Positions 10,501 to 18,942 of a stretch of DNA of 47,317 bases are shown here, in pieces (within the stretch, counting starts at the first letter, position 1; each line of letters starts with the position of its first letter). The position numbers and the translations under genes were made by a program. Source of the DNA: Calditrichia bacterium. GTDB lineage: Bacteria; Calditrichota; Calditrichia; RBG-13-44-9; J075. Below the pieces are notes generated by a model that was not told the DNA's origin, ran no database searches, and worked only from the letters and a program-made list of their open reading frames with translations. The stretch is taken from positions 1-47,317 of the forward strand of contig JBOEGD010000017.1 in NCBI GenBank assembly GCA_050633245.1, written 5' to 3'.

Positions 10501-10999
10501 TAACTCCGAATGTATAGAAGCATTGCGAAGCACAATTAAGGACATTGATGAGACACTCATTAAGCGTGTATCATCTAACCTCTTGGACTGTCTGGATCAG
10601 GCTATCTCTAGGCTACCTGAACTGGCACAGGTTAAAGTTGTAAATCCAAAGCAGAAAAAAAACATCCGCGTTAACATTTCTAAAATAGATCTCTTACTGA
10701 CTCTGGAAAACCTACTACAAAACAGTCTTGCTGCGGTAAAAGACAAAACGCCGGAAATTAATATTCGCATAGATTATACCGGAAGTTATTGTGATCTATT
10801 CATTTCGGATAATGGTATGGGAATTGCTCCACTTTTACAGAAGAAGATTTTTGACAAGTATGTATCCAGTAAAGGGTCTACCGGCCTGGGGTTATTTTTG
10901 GTTAGAGAAACTGTAAATAAGTATAGTGGTAGCATTGAGCTGTTGGACTCTACAGATCGGGGTACTACTATGAAGTTAAGACTGAGGGTTTTAAAATGA
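7511..10999 (+). CDS. Sensor histidine kinase with extracellular propeller, FG-GAP repeats and ASPIC/UnbV-like (CRTAC1-type) domain
   Basis: Signal peptide; repeats ADIDGDKDHD, ADFDRDSNLD, ADFDGDGDLDFF, DVNNDGRPDIL; GNRSGIGTKI (UnbV-like); about 3 TMs; possible H-box EHFRHS; HATPase motifs ENLLQNS, DNGMGI, GSTGLGL. Confidence 0.85.
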   Translation: MIIRRNKKLSFIAILIFVVLQQVYPQISMSDSSTIRYFPGWEAAQLLEIHVLDENYAVALGKYALLEWDGQNWKKLKPLFSDNSSTYQSLKINGYQNFYYTYSSDGINHQPYLAQYKNGQWERIKTEQPYRLDKLSLTSANSLWAVGNWGSMIHYFDGYSKNILTPRFAMPLGIWSFADTSIALLHLDEINGKTIRLSEFKNRTWTTSLFADGYHQGSLFLTPDSAWMVKDKTLFKYSNNTLRQIGEQKFFGQKADLFTFDDTLLVSSVGKLARYKDEVLIDTLLLEESRFFPINPQEYFLINARRTLAYWGPKPIGDPNFKHRANFSWHQNNDGPSHHLSIATLEMPNQKEIHFLISPDETIKRFIPAPKKNSSLWGLKNVPLPSGLEGYAGHEFIEDKPNINGGIFFADIDGDKDHDAILTALRGKTRLLQNIENQKFVDVSENFDFNLAGRIVGVQLADFDRDSNLDFVASDESNGSTIYLGDGYFRFDSTRVMPELKSGFSSVSDIDLDGFPDILTYGNHAPPSLFLNLGKNTDGKWVGFKDITHLSPAIASELNVYVQSVEWVDYDQDEDEDALIINRRRPLRLFENRRNGYFTDVTDSLGLGIVRSPYGANWADFDGDGDLDFFLSNLHRNYLFWNDSTKGFIVDSISLEDNRIKYSTGSVIIDVNNDGRPDILVANSEVGASGFYINEGPASETITIRVDGGIGNRSGIGTKISIFAEENNRLLHYEEIRTTTGYNSTKPAQINFSSKYQKLKAIAIFPSGERQEHRFTLNDQHIIFTQSKSIFAEVWVQIRPHFHFPWKLIATLLAFLFIGLLAGLRKRLLWTLNIRRPESNFTFLTILGLLALLISWVYLGPLPLLYFLIGVITTFLITRFLFTKYLERKYTIDLFPILSKLEHFRHSKSVSNNLDHLSFLSLEGEKEKYDKELITDVKEEIYFFKTESEPLLQQIAIQLHQHKIPYALYHRFYHSRQQLQQLLKECKKSPESLFYSANSECIEALRSTIKDIDETLIKRVSSNLLDCLDQAISRLPELAQVKVVNPKQKKNIRVNISKIDLLLTLENLLQNSLAAVKDKTPEINIRIDYTGSYCDLFISDNGMGIAPLLQKKIFDKYVSSKGSTGLGLFLVRETVNKYSGSIELLDSTDRGTTMKLRLRVLK

Positions 11000-12342
11000 A
11001 CAATCAAGGCACCATTGTTTACATCGATGATGATCCATTTTATGAAAAATTTTATCGTAAAGGTTTACAAAATGATTTTGTTCTTCACCATGCCATGGAT
11101 TTACCAACTGGCCTGGAACTCATACGACAAACCCAACCCGGACTGTTACTTCTGGATATCAGCCTTAAACCTGATATCTCTGAAGACACCTCAGGTATTG
11201 ATGCCATTTCCAGGATCCGCTACGAGTTTCCACACCTCTCAATTATTATGGTTACCGGACACGATAAACACACATTCTCTTCCAAAGCAATTGATTTAGG
11301 AGCTAAAGAATATTTCATAAAGAAAACGCAAACAGTCGATGAACTTCTTCAATTGATAAAAATACATTACGCCAAGAAGCAATTAATTAGACTGAAAGCT
11401 GGCGATCCAATTGCGGTTTCGGAAAAAATGCAAAAGGTGCTAATTGATGCAAGAAAATTTGCACGTTCAAAAGAAGATATCCTCATTACTGGTGAAGCAG
11501 GTACCGGTAAAGAGGAGGTTGCAGACTTTATTTTCAAACATAGTGGATTAGAAGACAAACCTTTCATCAAAGTGAACATAGCCAGCCTGAGCTCCGAGCT
11601 TATGATGTCCGAATTGGTAGGACACAAAAAAGGTGCCTTCACGGGTGCTAATAGTGATAGGATTGGAAGGTTCGAAGAAGCAGGAGCAGGGTTTATCCTA
11701 CTCGATGAGATTGGGGATATGCGTACTAAAGATCAAGTAAATCTTTTGCGTATCCTTGAAGAGCGCTCATTTCAAAGAATTGGCTCTAACAAGTCAATCT
11801 CACTTGACGCAAGGGTCATTTCTGCAACAAACGCGGATATGAATAAACAAATATCAAAAGGTTCGTTCCGAGAAGATCTATATTCGCGATTAAACATCTG
11901 TAAACTTGATATTCCTCCGCTTCGTGAACGTGAGGCAGATATCATCCCCCTGGCACAATTATTTATTGCAAAGGCGGCACAGAAAAATGAGTTGAGAGTT
12001 AAAACCTTAAGCAAGAACGCCAAGCGCTTTATCCGAAATTGTCCATGGCCCAGTAACGCCCGCGAGCTTAGAAACGCCATGACACGAGCATTGATTACCT
12101 CTAAGGGACCGCAAATTCGTCCATCAGATATTAAAACACGAGTCCCTGAGTTAAAGGTTATACAGGACTTCAAGTCTTCAAAGAAGGAATTTGAGCGGCA
12201 ATTTTTTAAGGACATGCTGGCTTATTGCAAGGGTAATATTTCTAAGATGGAAGAGATAATAGGCATTACAAGGCAGAGTATTCACAAGAAGATTAATGAG
12301 TATGGATTAAATGAACCTGATGACGATACAACAAATGACTAA
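10996..12342 (+). CDS. Sigma54-dependent response regulator (NtrC/AtoC family: REC, AAA+, Fis-type HTH)
   Basis: Receiver YIDDD...LLLDI...VTG; Walker A GEAGTGKE; GHKKGAFTGA; LDEIGDM; FREDLYSRL; C-terminal HTH. ATGA overlap with the kinase stop. Confidence 0.95.
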   Translation: MNNQGTIVYIDDDPFYEKFYRKGLQNDFVLHHAMDLPTGLELIRQTQPGLLLLDISLKPDISEDTSGIDAISRIRYEFPHLSIIMVTGHDKHTFSSKAIDLGAKEYFIKKTQTVDELLQLIKIHYAKKQLIRLKAGDPIAVSEKMQKVLIDARKFARSKEDILITGEAGTGKEEVADFIFKHSGLEDKPFIKVNIASLSSELMMSELVGHKKGAFTGANSDRIGRFEEAGAGFILLDEIGDMRTKDQVNLLRILEERSFQRIGSNKSISLDARVISATNADMNKQISKGSFREDLYSRLNICKLDIPPLREREADIIPLAQLFIAKAAQKNELRVKTLSKNAKRFIRNCPWPSNARELRNAMTRALITSKGPQIRPSDIKTRVPELKVIQDFKSSKKEFERQFFKDMLAYCKGNISKMEEIIGITRQSIHKKINEYGLNEPDDDTTND

Positions 12343-12349
12343 AATAATA

Positions 12350-12367
12350 TGTAAACCAAAGTTTACA
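12350..12367. promoter_or_regulatory. Palindromic putative enhancer/upstream activator site (TGTAAA-N6-TTTACA)
   Basis: TGTAAAC-CAAA-GTTTACA is a perfect palindrome. A weaker copy (AGTAATCCTTCCTTTACA) is at 12440-12457 and an IHF-like AATCATCGACTTA at 12384-12396. Confidence 0.6.
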
Positions 12368-12487
12368 ATTCGATTTAGCACCTAATCATCGACTTAACAA
12401 GACTTTAGAACGCTTACTTCCACATGTCATTATGTAATCAGTAATCCTTCCTTTACAAATTACTCCATTATCAAACCTCTAAATTGA

Positions 12488-12515
12488 AATAAATCCCATG
12501 AAAGCGGGATTTATT
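12488..12515. other. 10-bp-stem hairpin (possible terminator or protein site)
   Basis: AATAAATCCC-ATGAAAGC-GGGATTTATT. Confidence 0.5.
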
Positions 12516-12520
12516 GTATG

Positions 12521-12536
12521 TGGCATGGGGTTTGAA
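12521..12536 (+). promoter_or_regulatory. Putative sigma54 -24/-12 promoter
   Basis: TGGCATGGGGTTTGAA versus consensus TGGCACG-N4-TTGCW: correct GG-N10-G spacing with GA at -12. It lies ~155 bp downstream of the palindromic site, next to a sigma54 activator gene. Confidence 0.55.
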
Positions 12537-12613
12537 ATCTCTAATTCAAAATATCAACTCAAATTCTTGGAGATCAAACTCCAGAGTGTAAAGCGTGTGA
12601 ATAAATCCGATAG

Positions 12614-12808
12614 TGAACTTCCCCCGGCGTTTGTGGATACTAAGTTAAGCTACATATTCACTCAAATAACTAAGAGAGGTAATCAATTTATGAGAAAAAA
12701 AGCAGATCGTATCAGACGCCATTTATCCATCGGCTATTTGGCTCCAGTAGAATTCAAAAAACCACATTATGCAGCTTAACTGCCTGTCCACTTTTTTTGA
12801 GAAGTTCA
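12614..12808 (+). mobile_element. Internally deleted IS3-family element (195-bp mini-IS)
   Basis: Ends TGAACTTCCCCCGGCGTTTGTGGATA and TGTCCACTTTTTTTGAGAAGTTCA form an imperfect TG...CA IR. Inside, SD + MRKKA is fused directly to an OrfB-tail motif RRHLSIGYLAPVEF..AA*. Confidence 0.75.
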
Positions 12809-12835
12809 AGTTCAACATTCAAAGGAGTCTGTGCC

Positions 12836-15800
12836 ATGAAGATGATTAAATATATAATTTATTTTTGCATAATTAATCTATTAGCAACTAATGTAATGGC
12901 ACAGCAAATGGCCAGCCCATTTCTACCAGGGCAAGCGTGGGATTGTCCACAAGGCAATAATACTCCAGGCAACATTACTCATATTAGCAACATCTCTCAT
13001 TCTTGGGATTTTAGCCAAGATGGTTTACCAAATGATGTTGGTAAGCCACTTATTGCAGGAGTGTCAGGTATAGTGACTAATACAGGATTAAACGGCTCAC
13101 TCGGAAATCATAACCATCCAATTTATGGTGGTCGTAATTCTAACTGCGGTGGAGAGGGAACTGGCTTTGGATACTATGTAAGGATAAGTGGTGACGGAGC
13201 TAATGCTAACTATAGATGGCTTACATCCCATTTACATTACACGAGGATTAATGGACAAAATCACCCGTATATTTTCGTGAAACAAGGTCAGTATATTCAG
13301 CAGGGCCAAGTTATTGGTTATGTTGGAAATACTGGTTATTCATGTGGTGACCACATACATGTACACATGGAGGGCAGCCAAGATTGGAACTCAGTCGCCT
13401 CTTCATTTACAGATATTGGAAATATAAATGGTTTACCAGCACCTATGGGTTATTCGGGTGATGGTATGCCTACTGAAAGTATCAGTGATGTTCCAAACTT
13501 GTACACTTCTCAAAATCACACCCTCTTCCAAATCGCCAAAGATGTAGAAGCCGATCTTAGTAGCTTTGCTAACATGGATCAATGGACGTTTGGATGGCAT
13601 CATCCATGGACAAGTGGTGATTACAGCAACGTCTACTTCGCATACACACCAACTGGCTATGAAGTACATCGCAAAGCATTGGTTTATGATCCAATGAACG
13701 GCGCTCGTATGCCTGTGTATATACATAATCAGATGTCACATGCCTGGCTTGCAGACAATGGTCCACAAAGCGACGCAGGTGCTCCAATTGATCGTGAGCA
13801 AGCGGTTGGTTCTGATGTCCAGCAATATTTTCAAGGAGCATATTGGGAGTGGGATGGTAACGTAGCTACAAAACACTACTATCCAAACCAATATGGTCCA
13901 GGAAGTTTTGCAACATCTGAAACAGATCCGGGATTATTGTTACGTACAATTCCCAAAGGCAATCGAGCAGTAGATATTCGTTGGTCACCAATTGCATCAT
14001 ATGCATTTGTAGAAGCGTTTACTAATAATGGTGGGTTAACAGAAGTAGGGTATCCTATCTCAGAAAATAACGCACCAGCTGCAGTACACCGGTGGTATGA
14101 AACTTATGCCACCCAAGGTAACGGTTCTGGTGACTATATATACATTCAGAACTATGATCATGGGACCAAAGGAAATTGTGCTATTGTCTATGATCCAAAA
14201 AACAGGGGTAATAAGAATACGGAAACAGCACAGGCAGGCAAGAATAAGGCCTGGCTACTCGAAGACTGGTCATGGGACTACTATCGAGATAACTGGGGTC
14301 CGCTAGTACTTGGCCCTCCTATTTCTGAGCCATCAGGCAATCGTCATGATTTCCACAAAGGGTACATTCTCAAGAACAACGGTGACCCAGTTGGTTATGA
14401 TCACAACGATCAACCATTACCGGAACCGCAACCTTTGACGATCATGGATAGTCAGAATACGGGATATGTTGTACAGGTAGCAGGCATACAAGTTGCAAAT
14501 TTACCTGCAACCCTGAATCTTATCCCAAGTGTTGTAGAGGTAACTACGTACGAACCTACAACAGGTATTGAGAATTCCTTTGGCGTGAATCATATCGGCT
14601 CGACTAACATCAACCTCGCAGACTACCAGGTTAACATTGACGTAGTAGAGTTTACGCTCTCTAATGACAATCCAGGAATAGGAGAAAGTACTATTGCAAG
14701 TGTTGAACTCAGGAACAATGGAGCTAGTAGTGTAACTATGCCTAGCATTTCACTCTCATCTCAAGACGGATACTTTAACGAGTATTCACAAGAGAGTGGA
14801 GTAGTGAAGTCTGGTCCAATTACACTCGGTGCAGGACAGACTTATTCATTTACCTTTCCCTATACTCCTCAGTCTATAGATGGTCCTAGGTCACTCTACC
14901 TCAAACGAGATACTGGTAGCAGTGGTGCCTCACCATACTTTGGTGAATCAGGTACTAATCCACTAAGTATCATCGTAGGAAATGAGATTCAAGGAGCCGT
15001 CTCAGTAACGAATCCTTATGTCCAAGGAAATCCAATCTATGCAGGTAGTAATACTTGGATTGGTGCAACCTGGAAAACAGGGAATGCCCCACTAAATAAT
15101 TACAGGATTGTATTTGAGTATACAACATCCGGTATGAACAACTGGCAAGAAGCTGATGCATTCACTATTAACATGGATGCAAATGATACTAAGAGCTATG
15201 GATCAGACAACTTCACAGCCCCGGGAGTAGGCAGTCACAGGGCTCGGATTTCGCATGAACCACTTGGTGGTGAAAAAACTGTACTAAAAGAATTTGTCTT
15301 TACTTGCACAGAACAAAATCCGGGTAGTGGTGAACTAACCCTTGGTGGAGACTTTGTGCCATATGATAGTATCTACCAGGGCATACCCCATGAGATAAAA
15401 GTGCGACTGCAAGAATGGCAAAATACAGCTTCAGTTTTTGCACCTGAAGTACGACTCTCAGTCTATCCAAGTGCTCGTGTACTCACTGATACAAGCAGTG
15501 CATTGTATGATCTTGATACACTCTACAATGTCAGTATTCCTACAGGTAGTAATTACACCTGGACACAGGACTACACTTTTAGAGATAATGGTGACTACCA
15601 GTACGCTGTTCGTATCAGTAGTGACGGAATTCACTGGTCTTATCCACATAGTGTAATACAATTTGCACCAATTGTACGATATGGTTTTCCAAATCCCTAT
15701 CAAATCACCGTCTTACCACATCCAGATGCACCACCCGCCCTAAACAGTCTTCTGGTAAATGGCAATACAAATCCATCTCCAGTTACAAATATGACATTCT

Positions 15801-18550
15801 CCGGAATAATTAGTGACCAGAGTGGTAATACGACTACAGCTTATCAGCTGCAACTTGCAGATAGTACACAAAACTGGAATAAACCGGTCTGGGATACTGG
15901 AAAGGTTCAACTTCAAACCCCACGAGTACACGGTGAAAGCCTCTCAATACCGTATGCTGGTAACCCTTTAACTTATGATGGTAGTACCTACTACTGGCGG
16001 ATCCGTACGTGGAATCAACACGATTACAGTGGACATTGGAGTGATGGTGCAAGTTCAATTGGGATGTATAAAAATATAGCACCAAGTGCAACGCATCACT
16101 ACTACCCGGACAGCAGTGACGCAGTCTTTGGTGTAGGTGAAAGTAATAGCAGTACTGATTGGAATACGGCACGAGCTATGCTAAATGCTACTTATGCAGT
16201 GTCACACTCAGCACCAATTATGACGGTCCGCTGTGATGATCATGCAGGTCGGTATCGAATCTATCGTGTATCGTTACCATTTGTCATACCCAATAAAGAC
16301 AATAAAGTCATAAAAGATGGTACACTAACTATTCCAACTGGAATTGTAAATACTGAATTTGGGGTAAGTCTAGTCAGTCATTATCGCACGACGTATCTGC
16401 CTCTTACCAATACTGACTTTGCCATATCTAATTTTGGAACAGTCGAACTTGCGAGTCGACAGACAGAGGTAAATAATAAACTATCATTCACTCTTAACCA
16501 ATCGGGGATTGACTATCTACAATCAACACCAGGCGATACAGTAGTTTTTGGTTTGATGGCGATTGAAGATTTTGATAATACCGAGTATCATCCTAATAAC
16601 CCTCGATCAGTTGAAGTCTATGGTCGTGAGTATTCAGATAGTACTATGTGGCCAAAGTTGGTCATAAACAGTCAACCACGCCCCACAAACTTACAACCAA
16701 TTATCCACAGCACCAGTCACACTACAGAGCGAAACACAGCTTTTGCACTTACCTTTTCAGCCTATGATCCAGATGGTGATCAGATGACGTATAATATATT
16801 GAAGCAGCCATTACATGGCAGACTATCAGGTACGCCACCACATATGACTTATACACCAGATTCAGGATATGTTGGTACTGACTCGCTTATGTTTAATGTG
16901 TATGATTACGCATCATTTACTGATGCAGTAATGGTCTACATCCAGGTTGAAGAAAACCGTACAACGGAAATCATCAAACTCTATATAGACGAGTCTGATG
17001 CTGTGATAGGTATTGGTACACCTGAAGCACATACGAATTGGGATGATGCACGTACTCACAGTGTGGCACAGTACATAACTACAGATACAAGTCCAACCTA
17101 TACACTCAGGTCAGACATGCATGCTGGAGTGTATCGCGTCTATCGACTCTCGCTTCCAGTTAACACGAGCAGCCTCGCAGGAAAAGAAATTGTACGTGCT
17201 AAGCTACACTTCACAAGACAAAACTGGCATGGTGGTATCCAGGCAGCACTTACAACCCATACCCCCCAGGCGGTAGGTAGTATTAATAGTAGTGATTTCG
17301 ATATAACGCGCTTTAATACGCTACAGTTGCTAACTGGCTCAGTAGTAACACCTGGTGCAAGTTCGCTCACATTTGAACTCAACCAGACAGGACTTCAGAC
17401 TCTAAATACAACTGGAACTACTGTTTTTGGTCTGATGACTGCTAATGACTATCTGAATAATCCAATTGGTGTAGTACATACTGGAATAACACTTAGAAGT
17501 CGCAACTATCCAGACAGTACTGACTGGCCTTATTTAGAAGTAGAGGTTATCGCAGAAAATCAAAATCCAGTTGTAGTTTATGATACGCTTACAACCAAAA
17601 TCTACACAACAGATGATGGTGATGTGTCACACACAACTACAGGTAATTGGGCGACTATGCGGAGTGCAAGCGGTGGCACAAACGTGCATACAACTGGCAC
17701 ACAAACCGGAGCAGGCATTTCATATGCTCATGGTAAATACAGAAACTATCGCAGTTTTCATGTAGTAGATCTGAGTGCCATACCAAGCACAGCACAGATA
17801 CTCTCAGCCAGTTTCAACATCAATATTCCAAGAGTAGATACACGAAACGGTGGAGATGACGGGAATGATTTCATAGAGGTTGTTGCGAGCAATCACACAT
17901 TGCCGCTTTCAGTAGTCAACTATAGTGATATTGATGTTGTAAACAATACTGGAGTACTCTCAGGTAGTCTGGATATTTCAAGTGAACTAGTAGCAAATCA
18001 GTATAATTCCTTTGTATTTACACAGTCAGGAATTGATAGTCTGCAAGCAGCATGTGGGGAGCAGTTCATGCTATCACTACGTGAAGGACATGATAGCAAT
18101 AACCAGGCATTAAATCCGCTACCCTGGGCGTATAGCTACATCGAATACTGGAATAGTCGAGAAGTAGGCACTGACAAAGATCCGTATATAGAAATGACAT
18201 ATCTGGTGCCACAAACTAGTTCAAAAACTAACACAAAGCCAAAACCTCAAACTGTAGCAACAAAAGTACCAACCGAGTATAAGCTGTATCATAATTATCC
18301 AAACCCATTTAATCCAATTACTACTATCAAGTTTGATCTACCCACACGCGACAGAGTTGACATATCAATCTATAACAGTCTCGGACAAGAAGTTGAAAAA
18401 CTTGTAGTAGACAAAACGTATGAAGCTGGAACGTATACTATACAGTGGAATACACAACAACCACAGAAACTTATTAGCACTGGCCTGTATTTTATAACTC
18501 TAAAAACGAACAACTATTTTAAAACCCAAAAAGCGATTTTAATTAAATAA
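12836..18550 (+). CDS. Very large secreted M23-family peptidase with LGFP-like repeats, Ig/cadherin-like modules, three DNRLRE-like repeats and FlgD-Ig/T9SS-A-like tail
   Basis: AAGGAG SD before ATG 12836 (the track starts at TTG 12797, inside the mini-IS). Signal peptide; M23 motifs H...WDF, SHLH, VKQGQ.IQQGQVIGYVGNTGYS.GDHIH; G.PI..E repeats; NYPNPFNP tail. Confidence 0.85.
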   Translation: MKMIKYIIYFCIINLLATNVMAQQMASPFLPGQAWDCPQGNNTPGNITHISNISHSWDFSQDGLPNDVGKPLIAGVSGIVTNTGLNGSLGNHNHPIYGGRNSNCGGEGTGFGYYVRISGDGANANYRWLTSHLHYTRINGQNHPYIFVKQGQYIQQGQVIGYVGNTGYSCGDHIHVHMEGSQDWNSVASSFTDIGNINGLPAPMGYSGDGMPTESISDVPNLYTSQNHTLFQIAKDVEADLSSFANMDQWTFGWHHPWTSGDYSNVYFAYTPTGYEVHRKALVYDPMNGARMPVYIHNQMSHAWLADNGPQSDAGAPIDREQAVGSDVQQYFQGAYWEWDGNVATKHYYPNQYGPGSFATSETDPGLLLRTIPKGNRAVDIRWSPIASYAFVEAFTNNGGLTEVGYPISENNAPAAVHRWYETYATQGNGSGDYIYIQNYDHGTKGNCAIVYDPKNRGNKNTETAQAGKNKAWLLEDWSWDYYRDNWGPLVLGPPISEPSGNRHDFHKGYILKNNGDPVGYDHNDQPLPEPQPLTIMDSQNTGYVVQVAGIQVANLPATLNLIPSVVEVTTYEPTTGIENSFGVNHIGSTNINLADYQVNIDVVEFTLSNDNPGIGESTIASVELRNNGASSVTMPSISLSSQDGYFNEYSQESGVVKSGPITLGAGQTYSFTFPYTPQSIDGPRSLYLKRDTGSSGASPYFGESGTNPLSIIVGNEIQGAVSVTNPYVQGNPIYAGSNTWIGATWKTGNAPLNNYRIVFEYTTSGMNNWQEADAFTINMDANDTKSYGSDNFTAPGVGSHRARISHEPLGGEKTVLKEFVFTCTEQNPGSGELTLGGDFVPYDSIYQGIPHEIKVRLQEWQNTASVFAPEVRLSVYPSARVLTDTSSALYDLDTLYNVSIPTGSNYTWTQDYTFRDNGDYQYAVRISSDGIHWSYPHSVIQFAPIVRYGFPNPYQITVLPHPDAPPALNSLLVNGNTNPSPVTNMTFSGIISDQSGNTTTAYQLQLADSTQNWNKPVWDTGKVQLQTPRVHGESLSIPYAGNPLTYDGSTYYWRIRTWNQHDYSGHWSDGASSIGMYKNIAPSATHHYYPDSSDAVFGVGESNSSTDWNTARAMLNATYAVSHSAPIMTVRCDDHAGRYRIYRVSLPFVIPNKDNKVIKDGTLTIPTGIVNTEFGVSLVSHYRTTYLPLTNTDFAISNFGTVELASRQTEVNNKLSFTLNQSGIDYLQSTPGDTVVFGLMAIEDFDNTEYHPNNPRSVEVYGREYSDSTMWPKLVINSQPRPTNLQPIIHSTSHTTERNTAFALTFSAYDPDGDQMTYNILKQPLHGRLSGTPPHMTYTPDSGYVGTDSLMFNVYDYASFTDAVMVYIQVEENRTTEIIKLYIDESDAVIGIGTPEAHTNWDDARTHSVAQYITTDTSPTYTLRSDMHAGVYRVYRLSLPVNTSSLAGKEIVRAKLHFTRQNWHGGIQAALTTHTPQAVGSINSSDFDITRFNTLQLLTGSVVTPGASSLTFELNQTGLQTLNTTGTTVFGLMTANDYLNNPIGVVHTGITLRSRNYPDSTDWPYLEVEVIAENQNPVVVYDTLTTKIYTTDDGDVSHTTTGNWATMRSASGGTNVHTTGTQTGAGISYAHGKYRNYRSFHVVDLSAIPSTAQILSASFNINIPRVDTRNGGDDGNDFIEVVASNHTLPLSVVNYSDIDVVNNTGVLSGSLDISSELVANQYNSFVFTQSGIDSLQAACGEQFMLSLREGHDSNNQALNPLPWAYSYIEYWNSREVGTDKDPYIEMTYLVPQTSSKTNTKPKPQTVATKVPTEYKLYHNYPNPFNPITTIKFDLPTRDRVDISIYNSLGQEVEKLVVDKTYEAGTYTIQWNTQQPQKLISTGLYFITLKTNNYFKTQKAILIK

Positions 18551-18577
18551 CTAGCAAAACAACTAAATATATAATTG

Positions 18578-18721
18578 TGTAAGTCTTCAGAATCTCCTGA
18601 TTTGTAATTTTGAACTGGATTTCTTAGGCATAATACGCCTCCTGAGGATTTGATTAGATTAATCAAAAACCGTCACTTTAGAAAATGACCTCAAGGATCT
18701 GCGGGAGTTCGAAGACTTACA
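18578..18721 (-). mobile_element. 144-bp MITE-like relic of the IS family found at both window ends
   Basis: TGTAAGTCTTC...GAAGACTTACA is a perfect 11-bp TIR, extending imperfectly to ~20 bp. The minus strand retains AGGAGG + MPKKSSSKLQIRRF* running straight into the other end. Confidence 0.7.
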
Positions 18722-18723
18722 CT

Positions 18724-18743
18724 TGTTACCTACTTCTGTTACC
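18724..18743. repeat. TGTTACC direct repeats, candidate integrase arm-type sites
   Basis: TGTTACC at 18724-18730 and 18737-18743, ~65 bp from the tRNA fragment. Confidence 0.4.
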
Positions 18744-18750
18744 ACCTACC

Positions 18751-18788
18751 AAAAACAAGGCTGATCAGCACAGTCGCCAATCAGCCTT
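18751..18788 (-). terminator. Intrinsic terminator downstream of the tRNA-Leu 3' fragment
   Basis: Minus strand reads AAGGCTGAT-loop-ATCAGCCTT then GTTTTT. Confidence 0.7.
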
Positions 18789-18807
18789 AGGTCATTGTTT
18801 TTACTGA

Positions 18808-18942
18808 GTACCCGGGGCCGGACTCACTCACAACCTCCATGTTGTTCGCCCTGCGGGTCCCGAAAAGAACGGGATGCAAAACCGCCTTCCAACGCGGTTT
18901 TGTCAAACCGGCACGGTGTTTCACACCGAGGGATTTTAAGTC
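18808..18942 (-). pseudogene. 3' half of tRNA-Leu(TAA), att-like remnant, interrupted in the T-loop by a 79-nt structured insert
   Basis: Minus strand GACTTAAAATCCCTCGGTGTGAAACACCGTGCCGGTTT[insert 18826-18904]GAGTCCGGCCCCGGGTAC gives the anticodon loop CTTAAAA, long variable arm, T-stem GCCGG/CCGGC and 3' acceptor strand. No 5' half or D-arm, no CCA. Confidence 0.85.

Noticed and set aside
12498-12779. 93-aa ORF as a real gene
   Set aside because: It crosses the hairpin, the putative sigma54 promoter and the mini-IS end; only the tail is transposase-derived.
18808-18942. Functional tRNA, or tRNA with a group I intron
   Set aside because: The 5' half and CCA are missing, and the insert is 79 nt and in the T-loop, whereas tRNA-Leu(UAA) group I introns are larger and sit in the anticodon loop.
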